A stretch of DNA of 64,000 nucleotides from an uncultured Pelagibacteraceae bacterium (GTDB taxonomy: Bacteria; Pseudomonadota; Alphaproteobacteria; Pelagibacterales; Pelagibacteraceae): assembly GCA_902515095.1 (NCBI GenBank), contig CABXTC010000001.1, positions 11,196 through 75,195 of the forward strand, in the 5' to 3' direction. The first letter of the stretch is position 1; each line of letters starts with the position of its first letter. Below are positions 1-10,191 of the stretch, one piece after another. The notes below the pieces were generated by a model. The model was not told the origin of the DNA. It saw only the letters and a list, made by a program, of their open reading frames with translations, and ran no database searches. The position numbers were made by a program, and so were the translations under genes.

Positions 1-2
1 GA

Positions 3-959
3 ACAAGTGGTGAAATTATTGGTGGAGGTATAAAAGAGAAGAATTTTTTAGGTAAGGGAATTAACTTAGACACAAATCTTGAACTTACACCTGAATCTAT
101 TAAAGGAAGATTTATTTATGCAAAACCAAATTTTAATAATACAGACAATACTTTATTTACTTCTCTTAAAAGTTCCACCACAGACGTATTGTCAGACTCT
201 GGATATAAAACCTCTGAATTAGGCTTTTCTTTAGGGACTAAATATGAACAATTTCAAAATATATTTTTAAGCCCAGAAATAGATTTATTAGTTGAGGATT
301 TGGAGACATCAAATAAAGCCTCAGATATTCTTAAAAAACAAGAGGGTTCATACACTGACCTGTATTTTAATTATACTATTAATCAGGATTTAAGAGACAA
401 AAAGTATAGAACTGAGAGTGGGTATCAAACTTTCTTCTCACAAGAAGTACCTTTAATTTCAGATAATTCAGAATTCTCAAATGCATTTGAAATTGCAAAA
501 TATAAAAAACTATCTACTAAATCTGATACAGTAGGAAAGATTAGCTTTTTTGCTAAAACAATCACTGGATTAAGTGATGATGTTAGAATTTCAAAAAGAT
601 TAAACATTCCATCTAGCAAATTAAGAGGTTTTGAAAAAAATAGAGTTGGTCCTATTGATAACAATGATTATGTAGGGGGAAACCATGTCACTGCAGTAAA
701 TTTATCAGCAACACTCCCAAATATTTTGGAAGGTCTTGACAATCTTGATATTGGGGTATTTTTAGATGCAGCTAATATTTGGGGTATAGATTATGATAGT
801 TCCTTGGATGATAAAAGTACAATTAGAACATCTACAGGTGTAGCCTTTAATTTATTAACACCCATAGGGCCACTTAGTTTTTCTTTTGCAAATGCATTAA
901 CAAAAGCTTCTTCAGATAAAACAGAAACATTTAGATTTAGACTAGGAACTCAATTTTAA
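3..959 (+). CDS. bamA: Outer membrane protein assembly factor BamA, 3' part (5' end lies outside the window)
   Basis: Frame is open from position 3 (TSGEIIGGGIKEKNFLGKG, the E-x-NFLG-x-G motif), not only from the ORF-track start at 189. Has the LRGF loop-6 motif, TPIGPL, the C-terminal beta signal RFRLGTQF, and sits upstream of skp/lpx. Confidence 0.95.
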   Translation, partial: TSGEIIGGGIKEKNFLGKGINLDTNLELTPESIKGRFIYAKPNFNNTDNTLFTSLKSSTTDVLSDSGYKTSELGFSLGTKYEQFQNIFLSPEIDLLVEDLETSNKASDILKKQEGSYTDLYFNYTINQDLRDKKYRTESGYQTFFSQEVPLISDNSEFSNAFEIAKYKKLSTKSDTVGKISFFAKTITGLSDDVRISKRLNIPSSKLRGFEKNRVGPIDNNDYVGGNHVTAVNLSATLPNILEGLDNLDIGVFLDAANIWGIDYDSSLDDKSTIRTSTGVAFNLLTPIGPLSFSFANALTKASSDKTETFRFRLGTQF

Positions 960-1477
960 TGTGGTTTTCTTTTAGAAAGATTATAATCTTTTTTTTATTC
1001 ATAAATTATGCTCATGCTAGCGATAGTTTAAAATTTGTAGATATAAACTTTATAGTCAATAATTCCATATCTGGTAAAAACTTGAATCAGATTATAGAAA
1101 ATAAAAATAAAAAAATTAAAAATGAATTGAATAATTTAAGAAAAAATCTCGAAGAAAAAAAAAATAAGATTATTTCACAAAAAAGTATTCTCAAAAAAGA
1201 TGAACTAGATAAATTGGTTAAAGATTATGAAAAAGAAATCAAAAAATTTAATGAATTAAGAAAAAAAAAAACTGATGAATTCAATAATTTTAGCATTAAT
1301 TCAAAAAAGAAAATTATAGATTTATTAAATCCATTAATTACAAGTTACTTGAAAAAAGAGTCAATTCAGATATTACTTCAAAAAGATAAAATAATCTTTG
1401 GGGATGATAAACTTGATATTACTGAGGAAATTTTAAAATTATTTAATGACAAACATAAAAAGATAAAATTTGAATAA
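959..1477 (+). CDS. skp: OmpH/Skp family periplasmic chaperone
   Basis: Signal peptide, FVDINFIV beta strand, long coiled coil, C-terminal DITEEIL motif; directly after bamA. Confidence 0.85.
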   Translation: MWFSFRKIIIFFLFINYAHASDSLKFVDINFIVNNSISGKNLNQIIENKNKKIKNELNNLRKNLEEKKNKIISQKSILKKDELDKLVKDYEKEIKKFNELRKKKTDEFNNFSINSKKKIIDLLNPLITSYLKKESIQILLQKDKIIFGDDKLDITEEILKLFNDKHKKIKFE

Positions 1478-1488
1478 AATAAATATAA

Positions 1489-1941
1489 ATGACAAAAAAT
1501 AAATTAACGAAGAAAGATATAACTGAATTATTGCCTCATCGAGAACCAATGTTGCTAATAGATGAATTGATAGATATTAAGCACCTACATTCTGCTACAG
1601 CAATAATGAATGTTAAAAAAGACTCTTTTTATGTTGATGGACATTTTCCAGGAAATCCTGTTTTACCAGGAGTTTTGATTGTTGAGGCTTTTGGACAGGC
1701 TGCTGCTGCTCTTACAGCTCATGGCATAGATAAAAAAGAATATGATAACAAATTAGTTTTTTTAATGAGTGTGGAAAAGGCACGTTTTAGAAATCCAGTT
1801 ATTCCAGATTGTAAATTAGAATTAAAAATTGAGGCTATTAGGTCACACGGTAGAGTTTGGAAATATAAAGGTGAGGCTTTTGTTGAAGGCAAAAAGATGT
1901 CTGATGCACAATGGTCAGCTACAATTGTAGATAGGAAATAA
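1489..1941 (+). CDS. fabZ: 3-hydroxyacyl-ACP dehydratase FabZ
   Basis: LLPHREPMLLID and GHFPGNPVLPGVLIVEA motifs. Confidence 0.95.
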   Translation: MTKNKLTKKDITELLPHREPMLLIDELIDIKHLHSATAIMNVKKDSFYVDGHFPGNPVLPGVLIVEAFGQAAAALTAHGIDKKEYDNKLVFLMSVEKARFRNPVIPDCKLELKIEAIRSHGRVWKYKGEAFVEGKKMSDAQWSATIVDRK

Positions 1942-1995
1942 TTAGCAATAATTCTTGATAAGCTTTTGTAATAAGTTTTGATATTAAACTTATTA

Positions 1996-2973
1996 ATGAT
2001 TAATCCTTTTTTTAAAAATACTGGACCTCATGACATAAACTATTTGTTGAAAACTATAAATTTAAAAAATGAAAGTTTATCTGAAGATAAAATTATTGAT
2101 ATTAAAGATCTTAATTCATCTAAAAAAAATGAAATAACCTTTTTTCATTCAAAAAAATACGCAGAGTTTGCAAAAAAAACTAAAGCGTCTTATTGCCTTA
2201 CTTCTGAAAATTTTAAATCATTTCTACCAAATACTTGCAAACCAATAATTTCTGATAAAGTTTTATTACATACAGCAGAAATAACAAAAATTTTTTATCC
2301 AGATTCTATAACTGATAATTATGATAATACTGTTAAAAATATAGAAGCTACCAGTTTAAGGGATAAAGTTAGTTTTGGAAAAAATGTATTAATTGGTGAA
2401 AATGTTGAAATTGGTTTAAATTGTTTGATTGGTCACAATTCAATTATCGAAAAAAATGTAAAAATTGGTAATAATTGTTCGATAGGCTCAAATGTTATTA
2501 TTAGAAACTCGTTTATTAAAAATGATGTACATATTTTAGATGGTTGTGTGATTGGAAAAAAAGGATTTGGTTTTTTTCCAGATAAAAAAACTAATTTTAG
2601 ATATCCACAAATTGGTATTGTTATTATTGAAGATAACGTTGAAATTGGTTGTGGTTCAACGATAGATAGAGGTTCACTTTCAAACACAATAATAGGAAAA
2701 AATACTTATTTAGATAATCAGATACATATTGCGCACAATGTTAAAATTGGTGAAAATTGTATTATTGCAGGACAAGTTGGTTTTGCCGGAAGCTCTACTT
2801 TAGGTAACAATGTCATGATTGGTGGTCAAGCAGGAGTTTCGGGCCATCTTAAAATTGGTAACAATGTTCAAATCGGTGGGGGTAGTGGTGTTATAAGAAA
2901 TATTCCTGATAATTCTAAAGTTATGGGTTATCCAGCAAAAAATTTGAAAAATTTTATTAGAGAAAATAAATGA
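1996..2973 (+). CDS. lpxD: UDP-3-O-acylglucosamine N-acyltransferase LpxD
   Basis: Hexapeptide repeats, GFGF, TIDRG, QIHIAHNV (catalytic His). ATG at 1996 is more likely than TTG at 1978. Confidence 0.95.
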   Translation: MINPFFKNTGPHDINYLLKTINLKNESLSEDKIIDIKDLNSSKKNEITFFHSKKYAEFAKKTKASYCLTSENFKSFLPNTCKPIISDKVLLHTAEITKIFYPDSITDNYDNTVKNIEATSLRDKVSFGKNVLIGENVEIGLNCLIGHNSIIEKNVKIGNNCSIGSNVIIRNSFIKNDVHILDGCVIGKKGFGFFPDKKTNFRYPQIGIVIIEDNVEIGCGSTIDRGSLSNTIIGKNTYLDNQIHIAHNVKIGENCIIAGQVGFAGSSTLGNNVMIGGQAGVSGHLKIGNNVQIGGGSGVIRNIPDNSKVMGYPAKNLKNFIRENK

Positions 2974-3746
2974 TAGATAAGACAGCTATAGTAGCAAAAA
3001 ATGCCAAACTACATTCAAGTGTTAAAGTTGGACCTTATTCCATTATTGGTCCTAATGTGGAGGTTGGAGAAAATACTATCATTCAATCGCACGTAAGTAT
3101 TACAGGAAATACCAAAATAGGAAAAGAAAATAAGATTTATCCTTTTGTTTCAATTAATGACCCACAAGATTTAAAATATAATAATGAAGAAACAAGTTTA
3201 GTTATAGGAGATAACAATAAAATTAGAGAATATGTAACAATAAACCCAGGAACAGTAGGCGGTGGTGGTAAAACAGTAATAGGTAATAATTGTTTATTTA
3301 TGATTTCTTCTCATGTCGCCCATGATTGCCAGGTTGGAAATAATGTAATTATTGCGAACAATGTTCCTTTAGGTGGTCACGCAATTATTGAAGATAATGT
3401 TGTAATTGGAGGAAACTCTGCAGTTCAACAATTCACTAGAATTGGAAAAATGGCAATGATTGGTGGAATGACAGGAGTATTACATGACGTAATTCCTTAC
3501 GGATTATCAACGGGGAACAGAAACTCATTACAAGGATTAAACTTAATAGGATTAAGAAGAGCTAAGTTTGAAAATAAGGATATTTTAGGATTAAGCGAGG
3601 CTTATAAGGAGATTTTTGCCACAAAGAATATCAATGAAAATATAAGTAAATTGAACGGTTCTTTTCAAGAAAATCCATTAGTTAAAGAGGTAATAAAATT
3701 TATTTCTAAAGATAAAAAAAGATCTATTTGCACACCGTTTTCGTAA
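2970..3746 (+). CDS. lpxA: UDP-N-acetylglucosamine acyltransferase LpxA
   Basis: Hexapeptide repeats, PQDLKY, IREYVTI, HVAHDC, GLNLIGLRR. Confidence 0.97.
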   Translation: MIDKTAIVAKNAKLHSSVKVGPYSIIGPNVEVGENTIIQSHVSITGNTKIGKENKIYPFVSINDPQDLKYNNEETSLVIGDNNKIREYVTINPGTVGGGGKTVIGNNCLFMISSHVAHDCQVGNNVIIANNVPLGGHAIIEDNVVIGGNSAVQQFTRIGKMAMIGGMTGVLHDVIPYGLSTGNRNSLQGLNLIGLRRAKFENKDILGLSEAYKEIFATKNINENISKLNGSFQENPLVKEVIKFISKDKKRSICTPFS

Positions 3747-3747
3747 A

Positions 3748-4542
3748 ATGATAGGATTAATTTTTGGTGACACTGAATTTCCAAAGGAAATTCTAAAAAC
3801 TGTCAAAAAAAAAAAAATTAAGTATTTGATAATTGATTTATCAAAATTAAAGATGTTTAAAAAGGATAGAAAATCTTATTCAGTTTCTATAGGTCAATTT
3901 GGTAAAATCATTAATATTCTTAAGGAAAATAACTGTAAAAAAGTTTTATTTGCAGGAAAAGTAAACAAACCTAACTTTTCAAAATTAAGATTAGATTTTA
4001 AAGGTATTTATTATATACCTAGAATAATTAAAGCATCTAAACTTGGAGATGCAGCAATACTTAAAGAAATCATTAAAATATTATCTAAAAACAAGATAAA
4101 AACTGAAAATTCGCTTAAATTTAATCATGAACTATCATTAAAAAAAGGTAATTATTCAAAGATTAAACCAAATAAAGAAGATCAATTAGATATTGAAAAA
4201 GCAATAAAAACTTTAAATAATTTAAGACAATATAATTTTAGCCAAGGCGTTGTAGTTAGAAATAAAAAAGTAGTATCTATAGAAGGAAAAGGTGGAACAA
4301 AAAAGTTACTTGAAAAAAGTAAAAGCAAAAAATTTCGAGACCATGGTGTTTTAGTAAAGTTTCCAAAAAAGAAACAAGATCTAAGAGTTGATTTACCTAC
4401 CATTGGATTAAAAACATTAAAACAAAGCAAAACAGCTGGATTAAAAGGTATTGTTGTAAAAGGTAAACAACATGTATTCTTAGATAAAAATAAATGTATC
4501 AACTTTGCTAATAAAAATAAGATGTTTATTTTAGTAAAATGA
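3748..4542 (+). CDS. lpxI: UDP-2,3-diacylglucosamine pyrophosphatase LpxI
   Basis: DLRVDLPTIG motif, QGVVV and SIEG; located between lpxA and lpxB. Confidence 0.9.
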   Translation: MIGLIFGDTEFPKEILKTVKKKKIKYLIIDLSKLKMFKKDRKSYSVSIGQFGKIINILKENNCKKVLFAGKVNKPNFSKLRLDFKGIYYIPRIIKASKLGDAAILKEIIKILSKNKIKTENSLKFNHELSLKKGNYSKIKPNKEDQLDIEKAIKTLNNLRQYNFSQGVVVRNKKVVSIEGKGGTKKLLEKSKSKKFRDHGVLVKFPKKKQDLRVDLPTIGLKTLKQSKTAGLKGIVVKGKQHVFLDKNKCINFANKNKMFILVK

Positions 4543-5675
4543 AAAAAATTTTTATATTAACTGGTGAACCTTCAGGAGATAAATTAGCATCAACTGTAGT
4601 TAATAAACTTCAACAAAATCATTCTGACGTAGAATATTTAAGTGTTGGAGGATCTCATTTAAACAAACTTGGAGTGAAATCAATATATGATCTTAAAGAG
4701 ATAACTTATATTGGTTTTACTAGTGTCATCTTGAATTTATTTAAGATCAGAAATAAAATAAATGATACTGTAAAAGAAATAATTGAATTTAATCCAGATA
4801 TTTTATTCAGTGTAGATAGCCCAGATTTTACTTTAAGAGTCGCAAAAAAAGTTAAAAGTATCAATCCTAAAATTATAATAATACATTATGTTGCACCGCA
4901 AGTATGGGTATGGAGAGAGGGAAGGCTTAAGAATTTTAAAAAGTTTTTAGATCATGTTTTATTATTATTTAATTTTGAAAAAAAATACTTTGATAGAGAA
5001 AATATTAAGAATACTTTTGTTGGCCATCCATTACTTGAAAATAAAGAAAACATTAAAACAAATTTATCAAATATAATTGATGCTAATAAAAAAATTATAT
5101 CTGTTTTTGCCGGCAGCCGAACATCTGAAACAAGTATTCTTTTACCTATTTTATTAGATTTTATTAAATTGATGAATGAAAAATTTGATGAATATAATTT
5201 TGTTTTTCATGCAACGGATCAAAATAAAGATTTAATAAAAGATGAGGTCAAAAAAATAAATTTTGATAATGTTGAAGTCATATCAGATGAAAATATAAAG
5301 TCACAAATATTATCAAATTCTATATTTGCTGTAGCTAAATCTGGAACTGTTTCTCTTGAAATTTGTAATGCAAAAGTTCCATCTATCATAATTTATAAGA
5401 TGAATTTTATTAATTTTTTTATTGTAAAGTTTTTAGTTAATACCAAATTTGCAAATATAATTAATATTATTAACCAAAAAGAAATAATCCCTGAATTAAT
5501 TCAAAAAGAATGCAATTCTAAAGAAATTTTTAGATCTGTAGTATATTTTTTGAAAAATCCAGAGCTTATGAAAAAACAAATGGTTGATGTAAATAATACT
5601 TTAAATGAAATAAAATCTAAAACTTCTTCATCTTCAGAAGCTTCAGCAGTTGTCTCAAATTATCTTAGCACTTAG
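4539..5675 (+). CDS. lpxB: Lipid A disaccharide synthase LpxB
   Basis: GEPSGD, DSPDF, YVAPQVWVWR, VGHP, GSRTSE, KSGTVSLE. Confidence 0.97.
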   Translation: MKKIFILTGEPSGDKLASTVVNKLQQNHSDVEYLSVGGSHLNKLGVKSIYDLKEITYIGFTSVILNLFKIRNKINDTVKEIIEFNPDILFSVDSPDFTLRVAKKVKSINPKIIIIHYVAPQVWVWREGRLKNFKKFLDHVLLLFNFEKKYFDRENIKNTFVGHPLLENKENIKTNLSNIIDANKKIISVFAGSRTSETSILLPILLDFIKLMNEKFDEYNFVFHATDQNKDLIKDEVKKINFDNVEVISDENIKSQILSNSIFAVAKSGTVSLEICNAKVPSIIIYKMNFINFFIVKFLVNTKFANIINIINQKEIIPELIQKECNSKEIFRSVVYFLKNPELMKKQMVDVNNTLNEIKSKTSSSSEASAVVSNYLST

Positions 5676-7052
5676 TCTTTTTTGAACTTCTTCTTTTCCT
5701 AAGGATAAAATTATATCGTAAATACCAGGTCCAAACTTCGAACCAGTTAGAGCAATCCTTAACGGTTGTCCTACTCCTTTAAAATTTGTATCATGAGATC
5801 TTATAAGTTCATTTACTATTGTTTCTAAAATTTCTCGGGAAGGAAGATCTATTTTTTTGAATTGAGTATTAAAATCGGAAATTACTTTTCTTGCCTTATC
5901 ATCAATTAATTTTACATCTTCCTTATTAAAATTAACTTCATCAATTATAATATATTGACCATTATTAAATATATCCTCCAAAGTTTTAGCTTTATTTTTT
6001 AGGAAAGTTAGTGATTTATTGATTTTATCTTTTTTATCTGACTTAATTTCACTTTTATATAATTTGCAATATTCAATTAATTGATTAAATAAATCATTCT
6101 CATCAATATTCTTAATGTAGTGCTCATTCATTGATAGAATTCTACTCATATCGAGTTTAGAGGGAGATTTACCGATCCCCTCTAAATTAAAAAATTTAAT
6201 ACTTTCATCTAATGTAAATATTTCTTTATCTTTATAAGACCAGCCTAATCTTAAAAGATAATTTCTAAGAGCATCTGGCATGATGCCTATTTTGGAATAA
6301 TCGTCTAATGTAGAAGCCTGATCACGCTTTGATAGTTTCTTTCCCTCAATAGTATGTATCAATGGTATATGCGCAAACGAAGGCAACTCCCATTTCATAG
6401 CGTGATAAATTTGAATTTGTTTGAAGGTATTAATTTTATGATCATCACCTCTAATAATGTGTGTCATATTCATTTGGTGGTCATCTACAGACGCTGATAA
6501 ATTGTATGTTGGAGTTCCATCATTTCTTAAGATGATAAAGTCCTCAATTGTATTATTGTCAATTTCAACGTTACCTTGAACTAAATCTTTTAATACCGAT
6601 GTTCCATCTATGTTACTTTTAAATCTTATGACAGGTTTAATATCATTTGGAGCATCAGACTCTTTTTTATCTCTCCATTTTCTATCATAAATATAGGGGA
6701 TTTTTTTTTGTCTTGCTCTTTTTTTTTGTTCTTCTATTTCTTCATTTGAACAATAACATTTATATGCATACCCAGTTTTGAGTAGCTCATTTGCAATTTT
6801 TATGTGATCGTCTATTTTTTTTGATTGAATATATTCTTCTCCATCATAGTTTATACCAATCCATTTAAGAGATTTTATTATTTGATCCTTATACTCATCT
6901 TTAGATCTTTCTTTATCTGTATCCTCAACTCTTAAATAGAATTTACCGTTTTGATTTTTGGAATATAACCAATTAAATAAAGCTGTTCTAACACCACCAA
7001 TATGTAAAGCACCAGTGGGTGACGGAGCAAATCTAGTTGCTACTTTTTTCAT
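5655..7052 (-). CDS. gltX: Glutamate--tRNA ligase
   Basis: TRFAPSPTGALHIGG (HIGH), RVEDTD, IIRGDDH, KLSKR (KMSKS). Confidence 0.98.
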   Translation of the reverse strand: MKKVATRFAPSPTGALHIGGVRTALFNWLYSKNQNGKFYLRVEDTDKERSKDEYKDQIIKSLKWIGINYDGEEYIQSKKIDDHIKIANELLKTGYAYKCYCSNEEIEEQKKRARQKKIPYIYDRKWRDKKESDAPNDIKPVIRFKSNIDGTSVLKDLVQGNVEIDNNTIEDFIILRNDGTPTYNLSASVDDHQMNMTHIIRGDDHKINTFKQIQIYHAMKWELPSFAHIPLIHTIEGKKLSKRDQASTLDDYSKIGIMPDALRNYLLRLGWSYKDKEIFTLDESIKFFNLEGIGKSPSKLDMSRILSMNEHYIKNIDENDLFNQLIEYCKLYKSEIKSDKKDKINKSLTFLKNKAKTLEDIFNNGQYIIIDEVNFNKEDVKLIDDKARKVISDFNTQFKKIDLPSREILETIVNELIRSHDTNFKGVGQPLRIALTGSKFGPGIYDIILSLGKEEVQKRLSAKII

Positions 7053-7074
7053 TAAAATGGTTTAGACTATTTTT

Positions 7075-7752
7075 TTAGAAGTTTCTATATAAAGATACTA
7101 ATACACCCTGAACTTTTACTCTATCAGGACCAAATATTTTAGTTTCGTAATTTTTGTTGGCACTTTCTAATGCAACTACTTTGCCTTTTTTTCTAATTCT
7201 TTTTAACATTGCTTCGTGTTCATCAATTAGAGCAACAACGATTTTTCCATTATCTGCTGTATCGGTTCTTTTGATAATTACTGTATCACCTTCGTGAATT
7301 CCAGCTTCAATCATAGAGTCCCCTTGAACTTTTAAACCAAAATAATCTCCATTTTTCTCTAGATTACTTGGCAAAGGTATTCTTGAAACCTCATTTTGAA
7401 TAGCTTCAACAGGTGTTCCGGCAGCAATTTTTCCTAAAACTGGCACTTCTGCATCATCTGAAGATAAATTTTCTTCATCTAAACCACCTTTAATAACACT
7501 TGGTGAAAAACTATTATAAATATCGTTTGCAGATGCGGTTTCTGGTAATTTTATTACTTCTAAAGCTCTAGCTTTATGAGCCAGTCTTTTAATAAAACCT
7601 CTTTCCTCTAAAGCACTTATAAGCCTGTGAATGCCAGATTTGGATTTGAGGTTCAAAGATGCTTTCATCTCTTCATAAGAAGGGGAAACACCAGAAGTTC
7701 TCAACTTCTTGTTGATAAATAAAAGTAGGTTTTTTTGTTTTTTTGTTAGCAT
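7075..7752 (-). CDS. lexA: SOS repressor LexA
   Basis: PSYEEM winged helix, IAAG cleavage site, GDSM and MLKR Ser/Lys dyad. Confidence 0.97.
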   Translation of the reverse strand: MLTKKQKNLLLFINKKLRTSGVSPSYEEMKASLNLKSKSGIHRLISALEERGFIKRLAHKARALEVIKLPETASANDIYNSFSPSVIKGGLDEENLSSDDAEVPVLGKIAAGTPVEAIQNEVSRIPLPSNLEKNGDYFGLKVQGDSMIEAGIHEGDTVIIKRTDTADNGKIVVALIDEHEAMLKRIRKKGKVVALESANKNYETKIFGPDRVKVQGVLVSLYRNF

Positions 7753-7754
7753 AA

Positions 7755-7791
7755 GAACAAATATCGTACAGATTCTGTTCTACAAAAGTTC
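7755..7791. promoter_or_regulatory. Array of alphaproteobacterial LexA (SOS) half-sites upstream of lexA
   Basis: GAAC(7755)-N7-GTAC(7766)-N7-GTTC(7777)-N7-GTTC(7788); includes a perfect GTTC-N7-GTTC box. Confidence 0.88.
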
Positions 7792-7840
7792 TTTTCAATT
7801 CACAATAGTAAAAAAGGTAACAAAATAGGGGATTTTTAGA

Positions 7841-8632
7841 CTAAAGAACAGAAAAAATAGAATTATTTTTTAAATCTTTCAAAAGCGATTCACCAATTAG
7901 AAAAGTTTTAATAGAAGTTTTATTTGAGAGTTCTAAAAGTTCATCTTTTGTTTTGATCCCGCTTTCAGAAATTAATGGACCTTTATGATTAATTAAAACA
8001 TTATAAATATCAAAAGTTGTATTTATATCAGTTTTTAAAGTTTTCAGATTTCTATTATTAATACCTATCAAAGCATCTTTATATCTTAGACTTTTTTTAG
8101 CTTCGTCAACAGTATGTACTTCAACTATCACAGACATATCTAATTTAAGCGCTTCCTCATATAGCTCATCTGCGAGACTTTCACTGACACCAGCTAATAT
8201 AATTAATATTGCGTCAGCTCCATAACTTTTTGCTAATGGTATTTGAAATTTATCTATAAAAAAATCCTTACAAAGAATTGGTAAATTCATATTTTGCTTA
8301 ATAATATTGATATGTGACAAACTTCCTAAAAAAAAATCTTCTTCAGTTAAAACCGATAGACAGGTTGCTTTGTTGTCATTATATACATTAGCTATTTTGA
8401 CAGGGTCATAATCATTAATAATTATGCCTGCAGATGGACTGGCTTTTTTAATTTCAGCAATGATTGAAAATTGGTTTTTTTTTAAGTTATTTTCAATTTT
8501 TTCTTTGAAATTAATAAAATTTTTACTTCTTCCAATCAATTCATTTAAAGAGTCTAATGAAATAGTTTTTTTTAAATTTACTACATTTTCTTTTTTCTTT
8601 TCAATTATCTTTTCTAGAATGTTTTTAGGCAT
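7841..8632 (-). CDS. trpC: Indole-3-glycerol phosphate synthase
   Basis: IIAEIKKASPS, LSVLTEE, LPILCKDF, GINNRNL, SESGI, FLIGE. Confidence 0.97.
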   Translation of the reverse strand: MPKNILEKIIEKKKENVVNLKKTISLDSLNELIGRSKNFINFKEKIENNLKKNQFSIIAEIKKASPSAGIIINDYDPVKIANVYNDNKATCLSVLTEEDFFLGSLSHINIIKQNMNLPILCKDFFIDKFQIPLAKSYGADAILIILAGVSESLADELYEEALKLDMSVIVEVHTVDEAKKSLRYKDALIGINNRNLKTLKTDINTTFDIYNVLINHKGPLISESGIKTKDELLELSNKTSIKTFLIGESLLKDLKNNSIFSVL

Positions 8633-9617
8633 TTTTAATTACTTCTATATGTTTAATAACTTTACTTGATAAAATATGCTCTCTCGAATTATTATAAGCT
8701 TCAGTAAAATTTTTATAGGTTTCGTTAACAATTAATCCTGCAGCTGCATTTAAACATACTGCTTTAGAAAAATCATTATCTTCACCATTAAATATATCTA
8801 GCATTTTAACAGCATTAAATTTTGAATCATTACCAACAAGATTTTCAAATTTGTCTGCGTTTATATTCAATTCTTTAGGATCAATAACAATTTCTGTAAT
8901 ATTGTTGTCTTTTAATTGAATAACACTAGTTTTAGCATAGGGTGAAATTTCATCTAAGCCATCTTCACTATTAACAATCCATGCAAATTTAATATCTAAG
9001 TTATTTAAAGCATTAGCAAATGTTTTTAATAACTTTTTTTCAAAAACGCCAACAACTTGTCTTTTTACTAATGCCGGGCTACTTAAAGGCCCAATCATAT
9101 TAAAAATTGTTCTTTTGCCAATTTTTTTTCTTGTAGGTCCAACATATTTCATTGCGCTATGATAGTTAGGTGCAAACATAAAACCAAAATTATTTTTATC
9201 TATTTGAGTTTCAATATCTTTTGGTTCTAAATTTATATTAATTTTTAATGCCTCCAAAACATCACCAGATCCACATTTAGATGATACAGCTTTATTACCA
9301 TGTTTTGCTACTTTAACACCCATACTCGAAAGTAATAATGCTGAAGCTGTAGAAATATTAAGTGTATTCATTCCATCACCACCAGTACCGCATGTATCAA
9401 CACAATTATCTACATTAACTCTTTTTGATTTATCTCGAAGCACGTAAACACCACCAGCTATTTCATTGGAGACCTCACCTTTTGCTGATAAAAGTGTTAA
9501 AAAATCAAATATTTCCTGTTCATTAGCTTTGCCCTCCATTAACAATTCAAAAGCTGCCTTACTTTCTTCAAAAGAAAGATCCTCTTTATTTCTTATTTTA
9601 TCAATGAATTGTTTCAT
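8625..9617 (-). CDS. trpD: Anthranilate phosphoribosyltransferase
   Basis: DTCGTGGDG, NISTA, KHGN, SGDVLEAL, GLDEIS. Confidence 0.97.
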   Translation of the reverse strand: MKQFIDKIRNKEDLSFEESKAAFELLMEGKANEQEIFDFLTLLSAKGEVSNEIAGGVYVLRDKSKRVNVDNCVDTCGTGGDGMNTLNISTASALLLSSMGVKVAKHGNKAVSSKCGSGDVLEALKININLEPKDIETQIDKNNFGFMFAPNYHSAMKYVGPTRKKIGKRTIFNMIGPLSSPALVKRQVVGVFEKKLLKTFANALNNLDIKFAWIVNSEDGLDEISPYAKTSVIQLKDNNITEIVIDPKELNINADKFENLVGNDSKFNAVKMLDIFNGEDNDFSKAVCLNAAAGLIVNETYKNFTEAYNNSREHILSSKVIKHIEVIKNA

Positions 9618-9621
9618 TATT

Positions 9622-10191
9622 TTAAATTTTAATAAAATTTTTTAAAATTCTAATACCCAATTTAGTTTTAATACTTTCAGGATGAAATTGCACTCCATGA
9701 ACATTATATTCTTTATGCTGTACACCCATAATCAGTCCTTCTTTACTCTCAGCTGTGATTTCAAGATGTTTTGATAATGATTTTTTATCAATAATTAAGC
9801 TATGATACCGTGTTGCCTCAAATGATTTTGGAAGATTTCTTAAAATTCCAACTTTTTTTGATAAAATTTTACTTGTTTTACCATGCATTAGTTTTTTAGC
9901 TTGAACAACTTTTGAACCAAACACCTGTCCTATAATTTGATGACCAAGACAAACACCAAGAATTGGAATTTTTTTATATAGAGATTTTACTATTTTTAAA
10001 CAATTACCTGATTGATTAGGATTACCTGGACCTGGTGAGATTACAATTTTATTATATTTTCTTTTTAATATCTCATTAGATGTAATCTGATCATTTCTTA
10101 TTACATCCACCTTAACTTTCAATGAAGATAAGTAATGATATAGATTAAAAGTGAAGCTATCGTAATTATCTATTAAAATTATTCTTTTCAT
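9622..10191 (-). CDS. trpG: Anthranilate synthase component II (glutamine amidotransferase)
   Basis: IDNYDSFTFN, SPGPG, GVCLGHQ, RYHSL, QFHPES. Confidence 0.96.
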   Translation of the reverse strand: MKRIILIDNYDSFTFNLYHYLSSLKVKVDVIRNDQITSNEILKRKYNKIVISPGPGNPNQSGNCLKIVKSLYKKIPILGVCLGHQIIGQVFGSKVVQAKKLMHGKTSKILSKKVGILRNLPKSFEATRYHSLIIDKKSLSKHLEITAESKEGLIMGVQHKEYNVHGVQFHPESIKTKLGIRILKNFIKI

